Origin: an uncultured Gammaproteobacteria bacterium
Lineage (GTDB): Bacteria; Pseudomonadota; Gammaproteobacteria; UBA9214
Direction of reading: 5' to 3'
DNA length: 64,000 bases
Assembly (NCBI GenBank): GCA_963827755.1
Contig: CAWHCQ010000012.1
Span: 1-64,000 of the forward strand
A program made the position numbers and the translations under genes. The notes under the pieces were generated by a model, which was not told where the DNA came from, did not search any database, and saw only the letters and a program-made list of their open reading frames with translations. Each line of letters begins with the position of its first letter. The stretch's first letter is position 1. Of this stretch, positions 1 through 10,897 are shown piece by piece.

Positions 1-1305
1 GGGATACCCAATGTCGGTGTGGATGCGGACATTCAGGACGTGATTCGTACCCATGACGGCCAGCGTGTGGTGCTGGCCGTCAGTCCCGCCGGCCTGGTTG
101 AACTGGAGCCGGACGGGCCGCAGTGGGATGCGGAATTCGGCAAGGCAAGCGGGACATCCGGCACCGTCATTCGTCCCGACCTGGAAAAGCTGGACCTGTC
201 GGTCAAGGAGTTTCTCGTTCTCGATACACTGCGTGCAGATGACTCCGGACGCGTTGTCGGTCCAAAGGCCGCCAAGCTCGGTGAACTGCGTCATGCGTAT
301 CCGGAGGCCGTGGCGCCGGGCGTCGCCATTCCCTTTGGCGTGTTTCGGGAAACGGTGCTGGACAAGCCCTACGAGAATACCGGCAAGACGATGTTCGAAT
401 GGATGGTCGAGCAATATCGCACGATGCAGTCCATGCCGGAAGACTCTGCCAGGCGGCAGGAATTTACCGAACAATTCCGCGCCGAGGTGTATGAGCGGAT
501 TGCATCGGCAAAGCTGGACGACGATTTCAGGAGCGCACTGCGCAAGGCCATGGATGAGGCCTTCGGCACAGGCAGCTATGGCGTGTTCGTGCGCTCCGAC
601 ACCAACGTCGAGGACCTTGCCGGTTTTACCGGTGCCGGTCTGAACCTGACCCTGCCGAACGTGATCGGGGTGGACAATGTGATTGACGCCATTCCGCGGG
701 TCTGGGCATCGCCGTTCACGGCCCGGGCCTTTGCCTGGCGGCAGTCGCACATGGAAACACCGGAGCATGTCTACCCTGCCGTGCTGTTGCTGAAGTCGGT
801 GGCGAATGACAAGTCCGGCGTGATGGTGACCCAGGACATCGATACGGGCGACCGCGCGATTATTTCAGTGGCCGTCAATGAAGGCGTCGGTGGTGCGGTC
901 GATGGCCAGTCTGCAGAATCCCTGCGCATTGACACCCGCGATGGTTCGGTGCGGGTGCTGGCCATGGCGACGGCCCCCTGGCGCCGCAACCCGGTGGCCA
1001 GCGGCGGTGTCGAGAAGGTCCCGACCAGCGGCAGTGATACGGTTTTACAGCCGGACGAGATCAGGCAGCTCATACACTTTGCCAAAGAACTGCCGCAAAG
1101 GTTTCCCTCGATTACGGATGACGAAGGCAAGCCGGCGCCGGCGGATGTCGAATTCGGTTTTCTGAATGGCAAGCTGCAGCTGTTTCAGATACGTCCCTTC
1201 CTGGAAAGCAAGCAGGCCCGTGGCAGCAGTTACCTGAACAACATGGACAAGACGCTGGAAGGCCGCCTCGATCAGACAGTAAACATGCAGGAGATACCAC
1301 GATGA
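1..1305 (+). CDS. PPDK/PEP-synthase-type ATP-grasp (nucleotide-binding) domain protein, dikinase-like; 5' partial
   Basis: Frame is open from base 1 (GIPNVGVD...). Motifs GPKAAKLGEL, VRSDTNVEDLAGFTGAGLN, VWASPF, SGVMVT and DVEFGF...LFQIRP match the PPDK N-terminal-type domain. The protein ends shortly after, with no PEP/pyruvate TIM barrel. Confidence 0.8.
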   Translation, partial: GIPNVGVDADIQDVIRTHDGQRVVLAVSPAGLVELEPDGPQWDAEFGKASGTSGTVIRPDLEKLDLSVKEFLVLDTLRADDSGRVVGPKAAKLGELRHAYPEAVAPGVAIPFGVFRETVLDKPYENTGKTMFEWMVEQYRTMQSMPEDSARRQEFTEQFRAEVYERIASAKLDDDFRSALRKAMDEAFGTGSYGVFVRSDTNVEDLAGFTGAGLNLTLPNVIGVDNVIDAIPRVWASPFTARAFAWRQSHMETPEHVYPAVLLLKSVANDKSGVMVTQDIDTGDRAIISVAVNEGVGGAVDGQSAESLRIDTRDGSVRVLAMATAPWRRNPVASGGVEKVPTSGSDTVLQPDEIRQLIHFAKELPQRFPSITDDEGKPAPADVEFGFLNGKLQLFQIRPFLESKQARGSSYLNNMDKTLEGRLDQTVNMQEIPR

Positions 1306-2633
1306 TTAAATTCCTGGCTGTGCCGCTGTTGCTGATGCTCGGCATTCCCGTCCCTGGTGACGCGCCTATCCGCTCGATGGTTACGCGGAGACCGGCATCC
1401 GGCGGGTGGAAGGCGAGCGCCTGGCGAATGAAGGCGTTATCCGCGGACGCAAGCAGCCGCCGGGGGCGCAACTGTCGACGGCGGAAGTGGACTTGCGGCT
1501 GCTGGATTACCCGGACATGGAACTGCCGGCACCGGACCCGGCATTCAACCGGCAGATCCTGAAGCTGCTGGGTAGCAATGCAGGCCGCTACGGAATCGCC
1601 GTACTGGACCTGAGTGACCCGGAAAATCCCCGCTATGCCGAACACCGCGGTGACTACAGGCAGAATGTCGGCAGCGTCGGCAAGATGGTGGTGGCGCTGG
1701 GCCTGTTCCAGGCACTGGCCGATGCCTGGCCGGATGACCTGGCAAAGCGCCGCGGATATTCTGAAAAACACCATCATTACCGCCGATGAATTCAGTCACT
1801 GGGACCATCACAAGATTCGCCTGTTCGATGTCGAGGCACAGAAACTGACCCGGCGCACAATGAAGGATGGCGACCAGGGCTCGCTCTGGGAGTACCTCGA
1901 CTGGATGCTGTCCGCCAGTTCCAATGCGGCCGCCGCCATGACCATGCGCGATGCCATGCTGCTGAAACAGTATGGCAAGGACTATCCCGCCTCCGGAAGA
2001 AGAAATCCAGCGGTTCTTCAGCGAAACTCCGAGAAAGGAACTGACCGCACTGTTCCAGGCGACCTTCTTCGACCCGATCACCCGCAACGGCCTGGATATC
2101 GAACCAGTTGCGCCAGGGCAGCTTTTTTACCCGTACCGGCAAGAAAAAGGTGCCCGGCGGCGGCAACAGCTACGGGACTGCCCGGGAACTGGTGCTGTTC
2201 ATGCCTGCGCATGGAACAGGGACGGCTGGTGGACGAGTTTTCCAGCCGCGAGATGAAGCGCCTGCTCTACATGACCGAGCGGCGCATTCGCTATGCCTCA
2301 TCCCCGGCACTGCGGGACTCGGCCGTGTATTTCAAGTCCGGCTCCCTCTACAGCTGCCAGGAAGAAGAGGGTTTCAAATGCGGCAAGTACATGGGTAATA
2401 AAAAGAACTACATGAACTCGGTCGCGATCGTGGAAAACTTCAACGAAGGCCGCCCGCTGCATTACATCGCGACCCTGATTTCGAATGTGCTGCGCAAGAA
2501 CTCGGCCGTCGACCACCAGACCATGGGCACGCGCATTCACCGGATTATGGAGAAGGCCAACCCGGTACCGCCACCCGCGCTCACTGAACCGGAACCGCTG
2601 GCGAGCGAAGTGCAGCCCGGGATAAAAAATTGA
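1302..2633 (+). CDS. Exported serine hydrolase, class A beta-lactamase/PBP-like fold; frameshifted (several indels)
   Basis: Joined from ORFs 1302, 1406, 1614, 1972 and 2108. Signal peptide MIKFLAVPLLLMLG, then SxxK (SVGK), SxN (SSN) and KSG motifs in order. ATGA overlap with the upstream gene. Confidence 0.75.
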
Positions 2634-2657
2634 GGTGCCGGCAGATTCACGCATTGA

Positions 2658-2751
2658 GTAGGACGGGTCCGTCGCTGCGCTCCTTGTCCCGGCCTACGAT
2701 AGGACAAACCTCGTTACGGCGTAGGCCGGATCAAGCGCAGCGGATCCGGCA
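2658..2751. repeat. Pair of GTAG-type REP-like palindromes
   Basis: GTAGGACGGG...CCCGGCCTAC (2658-2697) and GTAGGCCGGATCAAGCGCAGCGGATCCGGCA (2721-2751) resemble the enterobacterial REP consensus. They lie between convergent genes. Confidence 0.7.
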
Positions 2752-2760
2752 CTCCAACTA

Positions 2761-4944
2761 TCAGGACTCATCTGCCCTGTGCGGTCCCGCATTCTGCACG
2801 ACGGATTTCAGTTCTTTCATAATCTCGCGCAGTGAGCGCGAGTCACCTGCGGCCTTCCTCACTGATGCCGAGACGTTGCACCAGTAACTGGTAGAGGTCG
2901 GCTGGTAAAACATTTTCCAGGTACTCGAGTGCGGTACCGCGCAGATTGATATCCTTGCTGAAGGCGGCTTGCATGGACATATGGACGGCATCCGGGTCGA
3001 GGGTAAGTGACAGCAGGGTAAACACATGTTCCATGTTACGGTTGATGTGCGGGACTTCCCGGGTCTTCCACAGGGGTATCACCCAGGTTCAGCTTCATGC
3101 TGCGGGACTCCCATTCTTCCATTGAGGCCATGAGTTCCTCGCGAATTGCCGAGTAGACCGTTTCACGGGGTATTTTCAGGCTGGCACTTCTCAGACGCAT
3201 CCGCGCCAGTGCCCTTGCACAACTGTAACGCACGTTAAATGACGCATCCATCATGCCCAGTAACAGGCCGTCAATGGAACGCGGGTTGTGGCTGGCCTCA
3301 AGGACGCCCGGCAGTCGTTGTCGCGCCAGCATCGGCACGTCCGGATCCAGTAATGCATCGGTTAACTGGCCGGGAATTCTCGGTACCAGCCAGCGCAACT
3401 CGGTGCGTACATCATCCGCAATTTCATCATTTTCAAGCAGCGGGATCATATAGGGTGTAAGACGGACATCGATCAGGGAAGCATTCAGGGCATGCTTGAT
3501 GCGATCAGTGTCGTTGGAGCCAAGATCGGCTATCAGGTCTGCGAGGGATGTACTCTCGTCCTCTTCGTCAATGGAATAGCCTGCATCGGTCTTGCGTTCC
3601 TGCATGGCGTCAATTTTCGTTTGCAGGAAGTCCCTTTCTGAATATGCGTTGGACTCCGCCAGGATATGCTGGGTGGTGGCATCGATAATATCTTCCTCCT
3701 CGATTCGCACTACTCCCTTGCGCAGGCTGCTTGCCAGCTGGTTGATGTAGCCACGATTTAGCCGGGTAATGACATAGAGTGCGAATATGGCAACAAGGAC
3801 AGCACAGGCAGCCACAATGGCCGTGGGAAGATCCGGAAGAAGAAACAGTAAAAGCAGGATAATACCACTGCCAATCAGATCACCGAGCCGGTCACTTGCC
3901 ACATCAATGATGGTCTTGGTGGGACGTTTCTTGTGACGGGGCAATGGCGTATACAGCAGTTCAAAAGCGGAGCGGAAAAGGGAAGTGACAAAAACGGCAT
4001 GGCTGCCGCGCATCATGATCATTGTCCAGAGATGCGTAACTACCGTTCCGAATATTCCGAACAGGGCAACGACGGCGGGCAATATGGCAATCGTGGCACC
4101 GATACCAAATCGCTGCAAAATGCGACGACCGAGCAATGTCTGCAAGACAAACCCCAGCACCCCGATGAAGGCATAAAACGATCCAAAGAACGCGACCAGT
4201 GACTCTGTATCCTTGTAATGGGCAGCCGCTTCGGCCTTGAATGCGTAGTCCACCAGCGCTGCCATGACTGCGATCAGCACCATGAGGGCTGCCATCCACT
4301 GCAGATACGGGGTATGTGAAATGATCGTGAAAGCGGAGCGGGTCCTGGCCTGATGCTCCACCGGCACTGCCCTGGTTTGTGTGCCAATCCCCATGACGGC
4401 TACCAGGCAGACCATGTGCAGACCGCTCAGGAACAGCAACATGCTGCGTACATTTAACTGGCTGGCGACCGTGTCTGCCAGCATACCGCCTATGACACCA
4501 CCCAGCGTGGCCGCGGCAGCAATGCGGGCGACCCGTTGTTTTGCTGAATGCGGGTCGAAACGTTCGTTGATAATCGACCAGAAGCCGCTGATCAGGATGG
4601 CGCCAAAGACGGCCATGTGCAGGTACAGAACGATGGATGCGATACCCGGTTGATAGTCGAGCAATACCCATTCGCCCATAAAAAGAACGGCGCTCAGTCC
4701 GAATACGCCGGGAATCAGCCTGGCGGGTGTGATAGTGTGAAAGCAGCCGCGACATCAGCAGCACGCCCCCCATGGAGACAATGGCGGCCGCGATTACCAT
4801 CTTGGGAAGATTGGTTACATCAAAATTGGAAAGAAACAACGCATCCCGGGTCGCCTTGCCGGCGACTTGCTGTGCGATCATGGTGGTTGCTGCAAACAGC
4901 GCAAACACCAGCGCCCTGGAATCGGACTTCGTGGCGTTCACCAT
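2761..4944 (-). CDS. TLC/Npt-type nucleotide (ATP/ADP translocase-like) transporter with C-terminal HEAT-like helical domain; frameshifted
   Basis: Joined from the N-terminus of ORF 3961-4944 (GKATRDALFLSNF), ORF 3036-4679 (FWSIINERFD, LVDYAFK, ELLYTPLP, KTIID), ORF 2843-3082 (LRGTALEYLEN) and ORF 2761-3027. Many hydrophobic helices followed by a soluble helical tail. Confidence 0.72.
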
Positions 4945-4966
4945 GAGCTGCGAGTTACTTCTTTGA

Positions 4967-5285
4967 TGCAGGTTTTAACAATGAGGTTCATGCCAATGGG
5001 GTACCCGGCACCCCGGTGGTGAATGCCGGTGGGATCAATTTGTGCACGTGTCACAGCACCCCGGCACTGGAGCGACATTTCCCCGAAAACAGTGATAAGG
5101 GATAATACTGAAATAATATATGTATATATATCAATAATTTAATAGTCACTTCTCGAGTGGAACATAAGGTATTTTTTGTGAATATTCACGCTTGTTTTCA
5201 TACAATTCAAGCTGACTTTGCTTAGGTCGAAATAGATAAAAGTGATATAATCTTAGCTTAACTTAGAAACCTACTCGTAGCTTAT
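4967..5285. promoter_or_regulatory. AT-rich divergent promoter region
   Basis: Markedly AT-rich intergenic stretch between divergent starts at 4944 (-) and 5286 (+). No specific site assigned. Confidence 0.4.
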
Positions 5286-6185
5286 ATGAGAAATCTACGT
5301 ATAACCATTTTTGGACTGGTCGCGCTGTTCACATCCGTGCAGGTATCTGCCGACGGGATGGACGGCTACCCTTCCCTGTGGGAAAGCCATGATCACGGTC
5401 TGCAGCAGCAGCTTGAACACGGTCCTGAAAGACCTCGGTCTCGACAAGGCCGTGCGCAACAAAAAACTGGGGGTGACCCTGGTTGACATTACCGATCTGG
5501 AAGAACCCCTGGTGGCCTCTGTCAATGGCGACACAATGCTCTATGCAGCAAGCCTGCCCAAGATCGCAATCCTGATGGGCTGCCTTTGTAGAAATCGACC
5601 AGGGCAACATGGTATCTGGATGAGGATACCCGCGCTTCATTGACCCGGATGATCAGGAAGTCCTCCAATGCCGATGCAACCCGTATGCTGAATCACGTTG
5701 GCAAGGACCGGTTGCTGGAAATCCTGCAAGACGACGAGTACGACCTGTATGACGAGCGCGTTAACGGCGGTCTTTGGGTCGGCAAGGAATATGGCAAGTC
5801 AGCCGCCTACAAGCGCGATCCCTTGCACAACCTTTCTCATGGCGCTACTGCCATGCAGGCGGCAAGATTCTACTACCTGATGGAAACCGGTCGCGTGGCC
5901 AATCCCGAGCTGACGGGTGAAATGAAAGCGATGCTGGGCAACCCGGGCATCAAGCACAAGTTCGTAAAAGGCCTTGCCGCTTTCCCTGATGCAAAGATCT
6001 TCCGCAAGTCCGGTTCCTGGAGCCGCTGGCATGCAGACAGTGCAATTGTCGAGGCCGATGGCCGCAAATACATTATCGTGGCACTGGCTGAAGACAAGAG
6101 CGGCGGCAAATGGCTGAGCAGCATGATCAAGCCTATCCACGAGTTCATGGTACCCAGCAAACTGGCGAGCAATACTCACCAGTAA
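5286..6185 (+). CDS. Exported serine hydrolase, class A beta-lactamase/PBP-like fold; frameshifted
   Basis: Joined from ORFs 5286, 5311 and 5640. Signal peptide MRNLRITIFGLVALFTSVQVSA; motifs YAASLPK (SxxK), SSN and KSGS. Confidence 0.78.
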
Positions 6186-6385
6186 TTCTCCCTGCTCTGC
6201 CCCTTATGGCAGACATATCTGCGGCAGCACATCACAACTTCTCTCCTCGATTAACAGGTGTGCAATTGCACGCCTGTACACTTGCAGCTATATGAAGCCA
6301 GCTTGTTTGTTTTGCGATGTAGGATGAGCCCTTGTACACTCTGCTGAACCAGTAGCAGGCACTCCTTCATTAACCAGTCTACCTG

Positions 6386-7220
6386 ATGAACACGGCATAT
6401 AATCAACGTGGTTTTTTAACTGGCCTTTTGCCTGTTTTTCTGTCGCTATCGCTGATCGGATGCATCAATCCTGCAGTCAGGACAGAGCCACACGAAATGC
6501 TGAATGCCACCTTGTGGCAACGGACCTCGGCTGAATACATAGGCGTTGCCAGCCAGGCCTGGCAACTGGCACAGCTCAATCTCGACAAGGCACTCGCAGA
6601 CCCGCAGTGGTCAGCAGCCCTCGAGCAAACCGGCAACTACACCGGCTTGCCACCCGCCATCATGCTGGATCTGGATGAGACCGTACTTGATAACACGGCT
6701 TATGAAGCCCGCATTATCAAACAGCTGGGACAGTACACGCATGCCAGCTTTGCTGACTGGTGCCGGGAAAGCAATGCACCCGCAGTCAGCGGGGCTAAAC
6801 CATTTCTTGATTATGCAATGGGCCAGGATGTCGCTATCTTTTATTACAGCGCACGCAGGGAGAAACTGCGTGACTGTACATTGCGAAACCTGCATGAACT
6901 GCAATTGCCGCTGCCGGATGAGTCCAGGCTTTTTCTGAGCAATGGAATGTCCAAGACTGAATACCGCACAAGGGTGGCGCAACACTATCGCATACTGTTG
7001 CTGATCGGAGACAACATGGAAGATTTTATCGACGGCTCCAAGAACCGGCCCCGACATGCGCCGCAAACTGGCCACGGACTACGCGGACCGGTGGGGACGT
7101 CAGTGGATCATTCTACCCAACCCGATGTACGGCCACTGGGAATCGTCCATTTACAACTTTGATTACGCACTGCCGCGTGCAGAACAGTTGCAGCGTAAAA
7201 TGCAGGAGCTCGGGGAATAG
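6386..7220 (+). CDS. 5'-nucleotidase/class C acid phosphatase, lipoprotein e(P4) family; frameshift near 7043
   Basis: Lipobox LIGC, HAD motif DLDETVLDN and LLIGDNMEDF. The shifted frame gives WGRQWIILPNPMYGHWE and a stop at 7220. Confidence 0.85.
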
Positions 7221-7232
7221 CCGTATTGCACC

Positions 7233-8624
7233 CTATCCGGCGAACCCTCCTGCCGAGACCCTGCGATGTTCACGCACCAGCATAATGCCAACTACCAGCC
7301 ATAGCACCACAAGTGACACATTAAAAATAAAGAACTGTTTGGTTGCCAGCGAAAGGAACTGAACGCCAACCAGGACGGTCAATGCCGCAAGGCCATCGCC
7401 GAGGCGGACATAGAGCGTATCGATGGCCGGCTTGCCGCGGAATTTCAGCTCCGAACTTATCGGTAACCAGAGTACGTGGCGTGAGGTGTTATTGATCGAG
7501 TAGTCCGTCGCATTTTCCGCAATCTTCATCATCTTTACGATAGCAAGGATCGGCAACAATGCCATCGTGGTATACGACACCAGGGCGATCACGGGAAGCA
7601 TCAGCAAAATGGCAGCAAAACCACCGTACTTGAGCAACCGCGAGGCAACCAGGGATTGCAGCAGCAACGCGATGATGTTCACCCAGAAATAGAAGTTTCC
7701 GTAGAACGCCGTGGTCCCGTCCCGGGTAAACGTACGCATCGCCTCCGGGTCGGTCATCCCCTGCGCAGCGGCCTGTTCCGCCAGCGCTTCCTGGATCACC
7801 CGAAACAGCAGGTTCTCGCCGTTGGTGTTCACCCAGTTGGTCAACAGCGTAACCAGGGCTGCAGCGAGCATGAAACGACTGACGAAAACAAGTTTGGCAC
7901 CGCTCAGCAGGAAACCGGCGCCCTTTTCCGCGGGTTTTTCAGAGGCTACAGCGGGAATAGCGTCTGCAGGTTCTGCACTGGCGCGTTGACGCGCATCAAC
8001 GATGCGGGTCAGCAGGATGGAAATGAACAGCGGTATTGTCGCCACGATCAGCAGACCCTCGGTCGGTATAATCCCGTTATCCACCAGCAGATCGACAATC
8101 CATGAACCCGCCGCCGCACCGGACGTGGCGCCAATGGCAATCATGGGCAACAGGCGTTTACCGGACTCGTTGGTATAGACGTCGGCACAGAACGTCCAGA
8201 ACTGGGCAACCACGAAAACCCCGAACATACCGACCCAGAGGTAGAAGATAATGCCTGATACCGGTAACTGCTCAAAGAAGAATCCTGGCTGGAAGAACCA
8301 GAAAATCACCATGTTGGAAATACAGAACAGGGTTGCCCGCGTAATCAACGTGGAACGGTCCCAGCGGCCGGACAGGCGTGCATACCAGCCGACGATGAAC
8401 AGCAGGAATACGCTCTGGGCAAAGCTGGAATAGGCCTTGACCTCCATCTTTGACAGTCCTGAAATATCCGATATTGAGATCCAGCCCTCTCTCAGTGGCT
8501 TGATAAAATAGTAGGCGCAGAGAATAAGAAAGACATTGGCGAACATGAGGAGCGCAGTAGAGCCCTCGCCGGGCCGCACCTCGGTGAAGATTTGCAGGAA
8601 TCGCTCTGTTCTTGAAAGCTGCAT
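7233..8624 (-). CDS. TLC/Npt-type nucleotide exchange transporter (ATP/ADP translocase-like, MFS fold)
   Basis: Motifs AYYFIKPLRE, QFWTFCADVY, KRLLPMIAIG, ENATDYSINNT and KPAIDTLYVRLGD; about 12 TM segments. Start placed at MQLSR. Confidence 0.82.
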   Translation of the reverse strand: MQLSRTERFLQIFTEVRPGEGSTALLMFANVFLILCAYYFIKPLREGWISISDISGLSKMEVKAYSSFAQSVFLLFIVGWYARLSGRWDRSTLITRATLFCISNMVIFWFFQPGFFFEQLPVSGIIFYLWVGMFGVFVVAQFWTFCADVYTNESGKRLLPMIAIGATSGAAAGSWIVDLLVDNGIIPTEGLLIVATIPLFISILLTRIVDARQRASAEPADAIPAVASEKPAEKGAGFLLSGAKLVFVSRFMLAAALVTLLTNWVNTNGENLLFRVIQEALAEQAAAQGMTDPEAMRTFTRDGTTAFYGNFYFWVNIIALLLQSLVASRLLKYGGFAAILLMLPVIALVSYTTMALLPILAIVKMMKIAENATDYSINNTSRHVLWLPISSELKFRGKPAIDTLYVRLGDGLAALTVLVGVQFLSLATKQFFIFNVSLVVLWLVVGIMLVREHRRVSAGGFAG

Positions 8625-8700
8625 ATTAGTTGTACAGATAATTCTGCTGTAAATAGAGGGATTCTGTACAGCGTTAAGCGAGGACATCGCGGTCACTTGA

Positions 8701-9980
<1,280 letters not shown>

Positions 9981-10047
9981 TGTTAACTCTTCTATGTTAC
10001 AGGGTGAATATAGTTTGCACAGGAGCAGAAATGCGCTGCGTCTTTAT

Positions 10048-10354
10048 CTAAACGACCAGAGTTCCCGGCCAGCTGACGATATGGCCCGGTTCGATATCCT
10101 TGCGAATATGCTCGAGTATGTTACCCACCTTCACCGGCACATCAAAAAATTCAATAACCAGGGGCAGGTCCAGTGACATATCAAGCAACCCGGATGAGTG
10201 TATTTTCCCTGATTTTCCAAAACCACTGATGCCCCTGAATACCGTTACGCCCTGTACCTTTTCTTCATCGTGCAAGCGCTCTCAGAAGGTTCTCCATCTG
10301 ACCATTTCCCTCGGTCAGGTAAATTCGCACAAAGATGACATCGAGAGTTTTCAT
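10048..10354 (-). CDS. DUF190 (PII-like) protein; frameshifted
   Basis: Start MKTLDVIFVRIYLTEG overlaps the crcB stop. Continues as GVTVFRGISGFG...LDLPLVIEFFD. Typical crcB partner. Confidence 0.85.
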
Positions 10355-10725
10355 AACTGCCTCGCTGCAAGCACGCCGACAGCGGCTGCGCTTACGCATA
10401 CAATAACACTGGCCAGTACATTGACAAGTGCCTTGCCGAGCTGGCCGGATTCCATGAGATTCAGCGTTTCCATGGAAAAGGTCGAGAATGTTGTAAAGGC
10501 GCCGAGGACGCCGATCAGCATAAATCCGCGGCCGGCCGGACCAACGGCCATGCGTTCAGTCAGCCATATATAGAGGAAGCCGATGAACAGGCTGCCCACG
10601 ACGTTGACCGTGAGCGTGCCATACGGGAAAGACGTTGCAGCACGACTCTGGACAGCCGTGGAGATCCAGTAACGCAGGACGGCCCCGATCGCACCACCAG
10701 CCGCAATTGCCAATATCTGTGTCAT
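10351..10725 (-). CDS. crcB: Fluoride efflux channel FluC/CrcB
   Basis: GGAIGAVLRY, FPYGTLTVNVVG and GAFTTFSTFS motifs. Confidence 0.96.
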   Translation of the reverse strand: MTQILAIAAGGAIGAVLRYWISTAVQSRAATSFPYGTLTVNVVGSLFIGFLYIWLTERMAVGPAGRGFMLIGVLGAFTTFSTFSMETLNLMESGQLGKALVNVLASVIVCVSAAAVGVLAARQL

Positions 10726-10897
10726 CTGCGCATCCTGATATTCATGGCGACAATGGTACACGCAGGCTGCGCTGCTCTCCAGCGGTCGATGCGGTTACAG
10801 GGGCGGAGTGTGAGCATTTGCGAAGACACGATTCAGTGAACGACTCCTGACGAAGCTGCGGAACGATCCGCTGAGACTGACGTATCCGGGTACATGA

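Noticed and set aside
10726-10897. Possible fluoride riboswitch upstream of crcB
   Set aside because: TAACCGC...GCTG is present, but the conserved 5' GGnGATGG and 3' GATGAC-CTAC elements are not. An Infernal search with the Rfam fluoride model would settle it.
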